DNA of 13,517 nt. Origin: Candidatus Methylomirabilis sp. (lineage in GTDB: Bacteria; Methylomirabilota; Methylomirabilia; Methylomirabilales; Methylomirabilaceae). A program made the position numbers and the translations under genes. This document shows, one piece after another, positions 6,922 to 13,517 of the stretch. Each line of letters begins with the position of its first letter. Within the stretch, counting starts at the first letter, position 1. The notes below the pieces were generated by a model. It was not told where the DNA came from. It saw only the letters and a program-made list of their open reading frames with translations, and ran no database searches. Location of the stretch: contig JBGQJI010000061.1 of NCBI GenBank assembly GCA_041498975.1, forward strand, positions 1-13,517. The letters are read 5' to 3'.

Positions 6922-8105
6922 TCCAGCGTCATCCAGTCGCTGATCTTCACGTACTCGCCCTTCTGGGCCCTAGCGAAGAAGAGGGAGTTCTGCCCTTGCC
7001 GCCTTCCCGGACCCCAGGTGATATGATGCGCCATGACCCCATTCCAGTTGTTGAATGTTTCAAGGGCCTGGACGAGCTGTTCCCTGGTCAGGTCACGGCC
7101 TGCGCGCTGCAGCGCTTCGGCCATGATCTCGGCCACAGCGTAGCCGCCGATGGAGAAGCCGCCGATCGGCTCACCGGGCAGATACTTCTGCATAAACTTC
7201 CGATAGGGTGCGGCCTCCGGGGCATCGTAAAGGGTGTAAGGGGAGGCCACAATGGCACCCTCCCAGGCTTCGCCGGCCAGTTTGAACATCACAGGATCCA
7301 AGTTCACCAAACTGCTGATCCACTTCGGCCTGTAGCCGATCCTGGCGGCTTCCTTCAGGAGAGAGGCCGTTGCCTTTGAGATCGACCAGAGCAGGACGAT
7401 GTCGGCCCCTGATCGCTGGAGGTTCAACGCGTGGGAGGAAAAGTCGGTGTCGGTTCGCTCGTAGGAGATGGTGGCGATCGGCGGCAGGCGTTTCTTCCTG
7501 GCCATGTCCGTGACCCCCTCTAGCCCTTCCTTCCCGAGCGGGTCGTTTTGGTAGAAGACAGCGAGCTTCTTAGCCTTGAGTTGTTCGGCCGCATAGTGCG
7601 TGAGGAGTCTCGATTCGACCGAGTAGTTGATCGACTGCGCGAAGATATATCTCTTCGGTGGATTCGACCAGCCGCTGTAGCCGCTTGCGGGGGCGACGTG
7701 AGGGATCCTGGTGTCGTTCAGATAATCCATCACAGCCAGGCCCGTCGCCGTCCCAAGGCCACCAACGAAGGCGAACACCTTGTCCCGTTCTACCAGTTCC
7801 TTGACGACGAGACGGGTATTGGCGGGATTGTAGCCGTCATCCCGGATCAACAGCTCGATTTTCCTCCCATGGATCCCGCCTCTGTCATTCAGCATTGTGA
7901 AGTACGCCGACAGCGTTCGGCCCAGGGTTGCATATGGGGCAGCGGGACCTGACAGGGGCTGATAGGTGCCGAGCTTGATTGTGGTATCTGTGACACCGAC
8001 CTCGGCGGCGAAAACGGTGCTGAGCGCATTCAATCCTATGACCAGACCCAAAAGCGACAGCCGAAAGCTTCGGAATTGACCGTTGGTTCCTCGCGTTCGC
8101 CTCAC
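6918..8105 (-). CDS. ABC transporter substrate-binding protein, LivJ/LivK-like (type 1 periplasmic binding fold)
   Basis: Signal peptide ending VFA-AE, then GVTDTTIKLG, PLSGPAA, GGIHGRKIEL..RDDGYNP, LVERDKVFA and FYQNDPLGKEG. RBS aaggagg upstream of GTG 8105. Confidence 0.93.
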   Translation of the reverse strand: MRRTRGTNGQFRSFRLSLLGLVIGLNALSTVFAAEVGVTDTTIKLGTYQPLSGPAAPYATLGRTLSAYFTMLNDRGGIHGRKIELLIRDDGYNPANTRLVVKELVERDKVFAFVGGLGTATGLAVMDYLNDTRIPHVAPASGYSGWSNPPKRYIFAQSINYSVESRLLTHYAAEQLKAKKLAVFYQNDPLGKEGLEGVTDMARKKRLPPIATISYERTDTDFSSHALNLQRSGADIVLLWSISKATASLLKEAARIGYRPKWISSLVNLDPVMFKLAGEAWEGAIVASPYTLYDAPEAAPYRKFMQKYLPGEPIGGFSIGGYAVAEIMAEALQRAGRDLTREQLVQALETFNNWNGVMAHHITWGPGRRQGQNSLFFARAQKGEYVKISDWMTLD

Positions 8106-8156
8106 GCTTCCTCCTTGCGCCCTTCCAGTTGGCTTACCTTAAAGTTGGTGGGCGCT

Positions 8157-8301
8157 GTGCCGGTCAAAGAAACGAGCATAGCAAGGCGCGGCCGACGGGG
8201 GCACCCACCCTGCGCGAGTACCCGGCGTACATTGTCAGGTACGTCGCAGGGAGTGCCCCGGGGTGGAGCCTCGCCGCTGGGCGAAGTTGGTTGGCCGGTA
8301 C
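8157..8301. mobile_element. ~145-bp palindromic MITE-like dispersed repeat, copy B
   Basis: Same orientation as 5720-5865 and ~78% identical to it; ends gtgccggtcaa / ttggccggtac; nested stems ggggcac/gtgcccc, ccctgcg/cgcaggg and ggcgtac/gtacgtc. Confidence 0.8.
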
Positions 8302-8315
8302 CAGTAGGTAAGGTG

Positions 8316-9188
8316 TCAGACACGTCGTCGATAGTGGTGCCCCAGCAGGCCGCTCGGCCTCACGCAAAGAACGAGGATGATGACAAAAAAGGCGACACTG
8401 TCCTTGAGCTCTGGGGTGAGGTAGCCGCCAACCAGGTTCTCCAAGATCCCGAGGCTCCCGCCCCCCACGACTGCCCCGGCAAAACTGTTCATCCCCCCCA
8501 GGGTCGCTGCGGCGAATGCCTTCAGGAGCGGGTTTAGCATCATGTTGGGATCGAGGAAGGTGATCGGAGCTATGAGGATGCCGGCCACGGCCCCCAGGAC
8601 TGACGCGAGCCCCCAGGTAAGCGATAAGAGCCAGGAAGTCCTCGCCCCCATCAACCTGGCGGTAGTAAGGTTGTCCGACATCGCGCGGATGGCGATCCCG
8701 AGTTTTGCGTATCGAAAAAAGAGGAGAAGGGCAAGCATCAAGACCAGACTCACCACCAGGATCCAGAGGTTGACCTCGCTTATGACCAGCCCGCCGACTC
8801 GATAGATCTTCACGTCCGAGAGAGGGGAGGGGAAGGCCTTGGTGTCGTGCCCCCAGATCCAGCCCGCGACTCCGTAGAGGATCTGCTGAGCGCCCACCGT
8901 GATGATGATAAGACCGAGAGGGCTAGGTTGTTTCGCGGGCCGCAGGAGGCAGAGTTCGAACATCGCGCCCAAGAGGAACGACGCCACCACGGCCAAAGGG
9001 AATGCCAGGAGGAAGGGGAGGCGGAGGGTTTCCAGAAGGGTAAAGGTCAGAAAGGTGCTGACCATCGCCATGTCGCCATGGGCGAAGTTAAAGACATGAG
9101 AGGCCTTGTAGATCATGACCAGACCCAGGGCCACGAGAGCGTACAGGCTTCCTATCGCCAGCCCGCTGATTATGAGTTGGGGAAGCAT
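8316..9188 (-). CDS. livH: Branched-chain-amino-acid-family ABC transporter permease (LivH-like)
   Basis: GLAIGSLYALVALGLVMIYKASHVFNFAHGD, TKAFPSP, LGIAIRAMSDN, LKAFAAATLGG and VRPSGLLG; polytopic membrane protein of 290 aa. The symbol is family-level. Confidence 0.93.
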   Translation of the reverse strand: MLPQLIISGLAIGSLYALVALGLVMIYKASHVFNFAHGDMAMVSTFLTFTLLETLRLPFLLAFPLAVVASFLLGAMFELCLLRPAKQPSPLGLIIITVGAQQILYGVAGWIWGHDTKAFPSPLSDVKIYRVGGLVISEVNLWILVVSLVLMLALLLFFRYAKLGIAIRAMSDNLTTARLMGARTSWLLSLTWGLASVLGAVAGILIAPITFLDPNMMLNPLLKAFAAATLGGMNSFAGAVVGGGSLGILENLVGGYLTPELKDSVAFFVIILVLCVRPSGLLGHHYRRRV

Positions 9189-9201
9189 CGCTCACAAGAG
9201 A

Positions 9202-9290
9202 AGTTTCGAGTTTCGCGTTACGGGTTTCGAGTGATGGAATCTCAAGCCCGCATCTTGGGACCCGAAACTCCAAACCCGGAACTCGGAACT
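9202..9290. repeat. Inverted pair of 4x heptamer tandem arrays
   Basis: tttcgag tttcgcg ttacggg tttcgag (9204-9231) and cccgaaa ctccaaa cccggaa ctcggaa (9261-9288). The 31-bp arms 9202-9232 and 9260-9290 are reverse complements at 24/31. Confidence 0.8.
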
Positions 9291-9294
9291 GTTA

Positions 9295-10278
9295 CTAAAA
9301 GGGCCACAGGCGCCAGTAGAGGCGGAGCTTCATCCACCGACCTCTGAGGCCATACGGCTCGAACATCACTACGAGGATGAGGCAAGCGCCGTATATGACC
9401 ATGGGGAGGTTCTTGACCCCTGAAAGAAAATAGGGAAGCGCCGTGAGGAGGAGGGCGCCGAGGATGGATCCGAGGATCGAGGCCAGGCCGCCGATGACGA
9501 TCATGCTCAGGAAGTAGATCGAGCTTAGCAGGTTGAAGCCGTCCGGACTGATATAGCCGATTTGGTGCGCCATGAGGCTGCCCCCGATGCCGGCGTAGAA
9601 GGCGCTGATGGCGAAGGCCAGGGTCTTGTACAGCGTGAGGTTGACCCCCATCGCGAGAGCGGCGATCTCGCTCTCGCGGAGCGCGATGAAGGCACGGCCG
9701 ATCTTCGACTTTGTAAGGTTCACTGCCATGAAGGTCATGAGGAGCATCATGGATACCGCAAGGTAATAGAAGTGCGTCTCGGTGCGCAGGAGGAGCGGCC
9801 CGATCGAGGGCTTGGGGGGGTGGATCCCGAGGGAGCCCCCGGAGAGGGCTTCCCACTTGACCAGGATCTGGCCGACCGCAATGCCGAAGCCCAGCGTGGC
9901 GATGGCGAGGTAAGGACCCGTGAGCCTGAGAGCCGGCAAACCGACGAGGAAGCCGAAAAATCCTGCCACGACGCCAGCCATCGGCAGCGCGAGCGCGAAG
10001 GGCAGATGGAGATTTAGCATCAGGAGTGAAGAAGTATACGCGCCGATCGCGACGAAGCCGGCATGGCCGAGCGAGATCTGTCCGGTGTACCCGATCAGAA
10101 GGTTCAGGCCGATGGCGATGATGATGTGAATGGCGGCCAGGGCCAGCAGGCTGAGGAGATAGCCTTCGATTAGCGTTGGAGTCACAAGGAGGGCAAGCAG
10201 TAGCAGCCCGAACCAGAGCTTCGCCGCAGAAGTCTTGAAGAGGCGGACATCTTCGAGGTGGTCGGTTTTTAAGTGCAT
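9295..10278 (-). CDS. livM: Branched-chain-amino-acid-family ABC transporter permease (LivM-like); start ATG 10278 preferred, GTG 10344 possible
   Basis: GLNLLIGYTGQISLGHAGFVAIGAY, PALRLTGPYLAIATLGF, SKIGRAFIALRESEIAA, AFAISAFYAGIGG and FEPYGL. The symbol is family-level. Confidence 0.93.
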   Translation of the reverse strand: MHLKTDHLEDVRLFKTSAAKLWFGLLLLALLVTPTLIEGYLLSLLALAAIHIIIAIGLNLLIGYTGQISLGHAGFVAIGAYTSSLLMLNLHLPFALALPMAGVVAGFFGFLVGLPALRLTGPYLAIATLGFGIAVGQILVKWEALSGGSLGIHPPKPSIGPLLLRTETHFYYLAVSMMLLMTFMAVNLTKSKIGRAFIALRESEIAALAMGVNLTLYKTLAFAISAFYAGIGGSLMAHQIGYISPDGFNLLSSIYFLSMIVIGGLASILGSILGALLLTALPYFLSGVKNLPMVIYGACLILVVMFEPYGLRGRWMKLRLYWRLWPF

Positions 10279-10362
10279 ATCGCCCGTCGGAGGGTCGTTC
10301 GAGCACGCTCCCGATTTCCCTTCCTCAGGGTTGGACTCCTCCACCCGATGTAGGACCTATGG

Positions 10363-10385
10363 GGAAAATCAACATGCGATTTTCC
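10363..10385. promoter_or_regulatory. Candidate operator: perfect inverted repeat GGAAAATC-N7-GATTTTCC upstream of the ABC operon
   Basis: An AT-rich perfect 8-bp inverted repeat in the pal-livM intergenic region, just upstream of the first transporter gene. Confidence 0.5.
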
Positions 10386-10399
10386 AATCTCGGTATTGA

Positions 10400-10427
10400 C
10401 CTGGCGCCCGGCACCTGGAACTCGGAA
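10400..10427. repeat. Degenerate 4x heptamer tandem array
   Basis: cctggcg cccggca cctggaa ctcggaa, the same unit family as 9261-9288 (ctcggaa is identical). Confidence 0.6.
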
Positions 10428-10440
10428 CCGTCTGTGCCGT

Positions 10441-11262
10441 CTACTCCTTCGTGACGAGGAAGTGGGCCCTCCGATTCCATTTCCAGGCCGTCTCATCATG
10501 CCCGAGCACAAAGGGTCGCTCCTTCCCGTAGCTCACGGTGGTGATCCGCTTCCCGTTGATCGCGGACGCCACCAAGTAGTCCCTGGTTGCTTTGGCCCGC
10601 CTCTCTCCCAGCCCGAGATTGTACTCGCTCGTACCCCGCTCGTCGCAGTGTCCTTCGATTGTGATGGCAGCCTGGGGATGCGCCTTCAGCCATGTGATGT
10701 CCTCCGCCAGGGATGCCTTTGCATCGAGACGGATCTCTGATTTGTCGAAGTCGAAGAAGATATCCTGCAGAGGGGATACTTTGGGAGTCAACTGGGCGAC
10801 CCGGGGGACTGGTTCCTCTCTCGGCGGGGACGGTGGGAGCGGCACCGCCTCGCTGCCTGGCGGCAGTGAGGCCGAGGGTCCAGCCCCTCCAGCCCCTGCT
10901 CCACCCTCGGATGGGCCCCGGCCCGCCTCACCGGGCTTTGCCTCACCGGGCACTTGCCCGGTCGAAGGACCTCCCGGGCCACCTCTCGGACCTCCCGCAG
11001 CCGGGGCTCCAGGCTCAGACGTGGCTCCGGGTTCGGTCACCGTGGACCCGAGCCCAGGCTGGCCCGGTTTTTGTGTTCCGGGCTCCTGCACGGAGGGACC
11101 GCCGGCCGTGGGCGGTTGGGGGGTGGCTACGACTTCGGGTCTCTTGGCGCAGGCGGACAAGAGCAGGGACAGCCCGATCGCCGAAAAGAGAAGCGCACTC
11201 GTTCCTGTTGCTGTGCGAAGGTATCTCCTGTCGAGTACCGCACGTGGTTGATTGCCGTTCAT
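10441..11262 (-). CDS. pal: Peptidoglycan-associated lipoprotein (OmpA-like domain) with a long Pro/Gly-rich linker
   Basis: Lipobox LLSA-C38. The C-terminal domain has IFFDFDKS, IEGHCDERGTSEYNLGLGERRA, VSYGKERP and NRRA. Strong RBS gaggaggagg. Confidence 0.9.
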   Translation of the reverse strand: MNGNQPRAVLDRRYLRTATGTSALLFSAIGLSLLLSACAKRPEVVATPQPPTAGGPSVQEPGTQKPGQPGLGSTVTEPGATSEPGAPAAGGPRGGPGGPSTGQVPGEAKPGEAGRGPSEGGAGAGGAGPSASLPPGSEAVPLPPSPPREEPVPRVAQLTPKVSPLQDIFFDFDKSEIRLDAKASLAEDITWLKAHPQAAITIEGHCDERGTSEYNLGLGERRAKATRDYLVASAINGKRITTVSYGKERPFVLGHDETAWKWNRRAHFLVTKE

Positions 11263-11346
11263 CCGAGCCTCCTCCTCGAATCGATGACATCATCGTCACC
11301 GACGTCCCGACCATGTCGAACCACTTCGAAACAGCCCGCGTGAGAG

Positions 11347-11823
11347 TCAGCTCTTTTGGTAGATTTGCTGCGCTAAATAGTTCTCATAGCCGAGCTCACC
11401 GATCTTGTGGAGCTGCGCCTCGATCCAATCCACATGGTGCTCTTCATCGATCATGATGTGCTCCAGCAACTCTCGACTTCCGGTGTCTCCCAGCTCGAGA
11501 CAGAGTTTCACGCCGGGAGTTAATACCTGCAGTGCGGCCATCTCCAACGCGAGGTCGTTCCCCAATTGCTGTCTGACGTTGGCACCGATCATGATCCGAT
11601 CGTAGCCGGACATATTCGGGGTCCCGTCGAGGAAGAGTATGCGGTCGATGATCTTATCGGCATGTTTCATCTCATCTACCGATTCATCATGAATCACCTT
11701 TGCCAGGACCTTATACCCCCAGTTCTCGCACATCTTGGCGTGAACGAAATATTGGTTGATCCCGGTAAGTTCCTTACGGAGCACACTGTTCAACAGTTCA
11801 ATGATCTGGGGGTGTCCCAGCAT
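11347..11823 (-). CDS. bfr: Bacterioferritin
   Basis: 158 aa with the ferroxidase and heme motifs ELTGINQYFVH, DEMKHAD (heme-ligand Met), RILFLDGTPN, DLALE and DEEHHVDW. RBS gaggagg. Confidence 0.97.
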   Translation of the reverse strand: MLGHPQIIELLNSVLRKELTGINQYFVHAKMCENWGYKVLAKVIHDESVDEMKHADKIIDRILFLDGTPNMSGYDRIMIGANVRQQLGNDLALEMAALQVLTPGVKLCLELGDTGSRELLEHIMIDEEHHVDWIEAQLHKIGELGYENYLAQQIYQKS

Positions 11824-11859
11824 GTGGCCTCCTCATGACGGCAGAAAAACCGTCGGTAG

Positions 11860-11879
11860 TGATAGTGTGTTATCTATCA
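11860..11879. promoter_or_regulatory. Candidate operator upstream of bfr (TGATAG-N8-CTATCA)
   Basis: An AT-rich 6-8-6 inverted repeat about 37-56 bp upstream of the bfr ATG. It resembles Fur-family half-sites only loosely. Confidence 0.35.
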
Positions 11880-12055
11880 TCTCCGGGATGTCCGCGCAAG
11901 AGAATTGCGAGATACACCGATTTCATGCGTAGTGAGAGATGAAGCCATTCCCGGCCCTTCTCCGACGTGAGGCGGCTTCCGATCGCGCGGAGGTCCGGCT
12001 TTAAAGAGAAGGGGCGTGTTGCCGGCGGTTGGTTCGAACGATGCACGAGAGGCCA

Positions 12056-13243
12056 CTAGCTTGAGGTCGCCAAAACGATCACGCCGGTGACGGCGCCAAG
12101 GCCACCCAGGTTGTGGACAAGGCCCCGCTTGGCGCGCTTGACCTGTCGGCGGCCGGCCCGGCCACGGAGCTGGTTGGTGATCTCCCCGATCATCCGGAGG
12201 CCTGAGGCGCCGATCGGATGGCCGCACGACTTGAGACCGCCGCTGGTGTTGACCGGCAGTTCGCCCTCCAGGGATGGGACCCCTTCATCGATGAAGCGCG
12301 CCCCCTCGCCTTTCGAGCAGAACCCAAGGTCTTCGTAAGTCACAAGCTCGGTGATGGTGAAGCAGTCGTGCACCTCGGCGACGTCGATCTCCTCGAGCGG
12401 GTCTTTGATTCCCGCTTGGTCATAGGCTTGCTGGGCCGCCTCCTTCGTAGCCCGGAAGGAGATGAAATCGGACTCGGGATCGAAAGGCAGCTCGTCACCC
12501 ACCGGGTTGGCGAGGCCCAGGCCTTGAACCAGGATGGGTTCCTGGCTGAAGGTTGAGGCCAGGTCGGCCCGGCAGATCACTGCCGCAGCCGCGCCATCGG
12601 TCTGAGGACAGCAATCGTACAGACTCAGGGGATCGGCCACCATGGGCGCCTTGAGGTACTGCTCCAGCGTGATCTCCTTCTGAAAGTGGGCGTTGGGATT
12701 CAGGCTGCCGTGCCGGTGGTTCTTCATCGCCACCTTGGCAAGGGTCTCTCGACCGATGCCGAAAACATCGAAATAGCGGGTCGCAAAAAGGGCGAACATC
12801 CCTGGGGCAGTGACTCCTTTGCCGACGACCGGATGGCCGGTCTCGGCTAACTGGCCCACCAAGCTCTCGCGCGGAGGCACGTCGCGCATTTTCTCCGCGC
12901 CCACCACGAGCACGATGTCATAGACGCCGGAGGCGACGGCAAAGCAGGCATTCCTGAACGCGTCGGTCCCGGTGGCGCAATAGTTGGCCACGCGGCTGAT
13001 CGGGACGTTGTAGAGGCTGAGGGCATCGGCCAGGGAGGCGCCGGCGTTCCCCTGGTAGCCCCCGGAATCGGGGAAACAGGTCCCGAGCCAGGCGGCCTGG
13101 ATCTGTGACGGCGCGACCTTCGCATCCTCGAAAGCCTGGTACGCTGCCTCCACGATCATGTCCGAGTAGCTCTGGGTGAAGTTCTCGCCGAACTTCGTCA
13201 TACCGACCCCGATGATGGCGACTTTGTCCCGAATGCTCATCAT
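12056..13243 (-). CDS. Thiolase-family protein of the SCP2/archaeal type (acetyl-CoA C-acyltransferase-like); start ATG 13243 or 13240
   Basis: MSIRDKVAIIGVGMTKFGE, active-site NYCATG, GAEKM, DCCPQTDGAAA, EVHDCF, NTSGGLKSCGHPIGASG and HNLGG. The ORF-track extension to 13375 overlaps the upstream gene and is rejected. Confidence 0.93.
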   Translation of the reverse strand: MMSIRDKVAIIGVGMTKFGENFTQSYSDMIVEAAYQAFEDAKVAPSQIQAAWLGTCFPDSGGYQGNAGASLADALSLYNVPISRVANYCATGTDAFRNACFAVASGVYDIVLVVGAEKMRDVPPRESLVGQLAETGHPVVGKGVTAPGMFALFATRYFDVFGIGRETLAKVAMKNHRHGSLNPNAHFQKEITLEQYLKAPMVADPLSLYDCCPQTDGAAAAVICRADLASTFSQEPILVQGLGLANPVGDELPFDPESDFISFRATKEAAQQAYDQAGIKDPLEEIDVAEVHDCFTITELVTYEDLGFCSKGEGARFIDEGVPSLEGELPVNTSGGLKSCGHPIGASGLRMIGEITNQLRGRAGRRQVKRAKRGLVHNLGGLGAVTGVIVLATSS

Positions 13244-13273
13244 GCCTTCGATCCTTCGCTTGGAGTGAGGGTG

Positions 13274-13304
13274 TGGTTCCCCCAACCGCCGGGAGGGGGA
13301 ACCA
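13274..13304. other. Perfect 10-bp GC-rich hairpin between the DUF35 gene and the thiolase gene
   Basis: tggttccccc (13274-13283), an 11-nt loop, then gggggaacca (13295-13304); no U-tract on either side. Confidence 0.6.
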
Positions 13305-13313
13305 ATGCGCATG

Positions 13314-13517
13314 TTATGACTCAACACGCATCGGTTTGGCTTTCCAGAAGTAGTGAGTGTACCCCTTCGACTCATGGAACTTTCTGAGCGTGAGCGTCAC
13401 GTCCATCCCGATCCGTGGCGCCTCGGGATCGCAATCCGTCATCTGTGTGAAGAGTCGGCCGCCGCCCTCCAGATCGATCACGGCCATGATTGTGGGGGAT
13501 TCCGGGCCAGGGTAGAG
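13314..13517 (-). CDS. C-terminus of a DUF35/ChsH2-type OB-fold acyl-CoA-binding protein (5' part lies beyond the window; not in the ORF track)
   Basis: Manual translation from 13517 gives LYPGPESPTIMAVIDLEGGGRLFTQMTDCDPEAPRIGMDVTLTLRKFHESKGYTHYFWKAKPMRVES*, with TAA at 13316-13314. The pattern P..A.IDL..GGR....TD......IGM.V..T.RK......YFWKA.P is typical of DUF35 OB folds. Confidence 0.88.
   Translation of the reverse strand, partial: LYPGPESPTIMAVIDLEGGGRLFTQMTDCDPEAPRIGMDVTLTLRKFHESKGYTHYFWKAKPMRVES

Noticed and set aside
5663..8537. Plus-strand ORFs 5663-6118 and 8076-8537 share the peptide ETSxARRG...GTSQGV...ASPL
   Set aside because: The similarity comes only from the DNA repeat; the remainder of each ORF is antisense to livG or livH.
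9242..10306. Long alternative-frame or antisense ORFs (e.g. 9242-10306, 3990-4826, 3634-4371, 10592-11251, 10713-11456)
   Set aside because: Arg/Pro/Gly-rich shadows of real genes in high-GC DNA, with no recognisable motifs.
13244..13375. N-terminal extension of the thiolase in the ORF track
   Set aside because: It overlaps the DUF35 gene end and the intergenic hairpin; thiolase homology begins at MMSIRDKVAI.
1..13517. Assignment to a specific taxon (gene style loosely suggests Methylomirabilota or a deltaproteobacterium-like diderm)
   Set aside because: No marker gene in the window; only a diderm envelope (Pal lipoprotein) is supportable.

Overview
GC-rich bacterial chromosomal region with mostly housekeeping and metabolic genes and no transposase, CRISPR array or RNA gene. 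Plus strand: 3' part of a DJ-1/PfpI-family gene, methylglyoxal synthase (mgsA), a thermonuclease (SNase)-lamin-tail-domain fusion, a SHOCT membrane protein, a DUF302 protein and a long-chain acyl-CoA synthetase. Minus strand, reading from the right edge: the C-terminus of a DUF35 OB-fold protein (missing from the ORF track), an SCP2/archaeal-type thiolase, bacterioferritin, a Pal-like lipoprotein with a very long Pro/Gly linker, and a five-gene Liv-type ABC transporter converging on the acyl-CoA synthetase. The most unusual signal is non-coding. Every gene junction of the ABC operon carries a repeat: two ~146-bp, ~78% identical palindromic MITE-like elements with GTGCCG..CGGYAC ends (one supplies the livG stop codon), a probable diverged third copy in inverted orientation with TA/CTAG flanks, and an inverted heptamer array. 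A composite REP cluster lies between the DJ-1 gene and mgsA. All calls come from motif recognition by eye; no database search was run, so novelty is untested.
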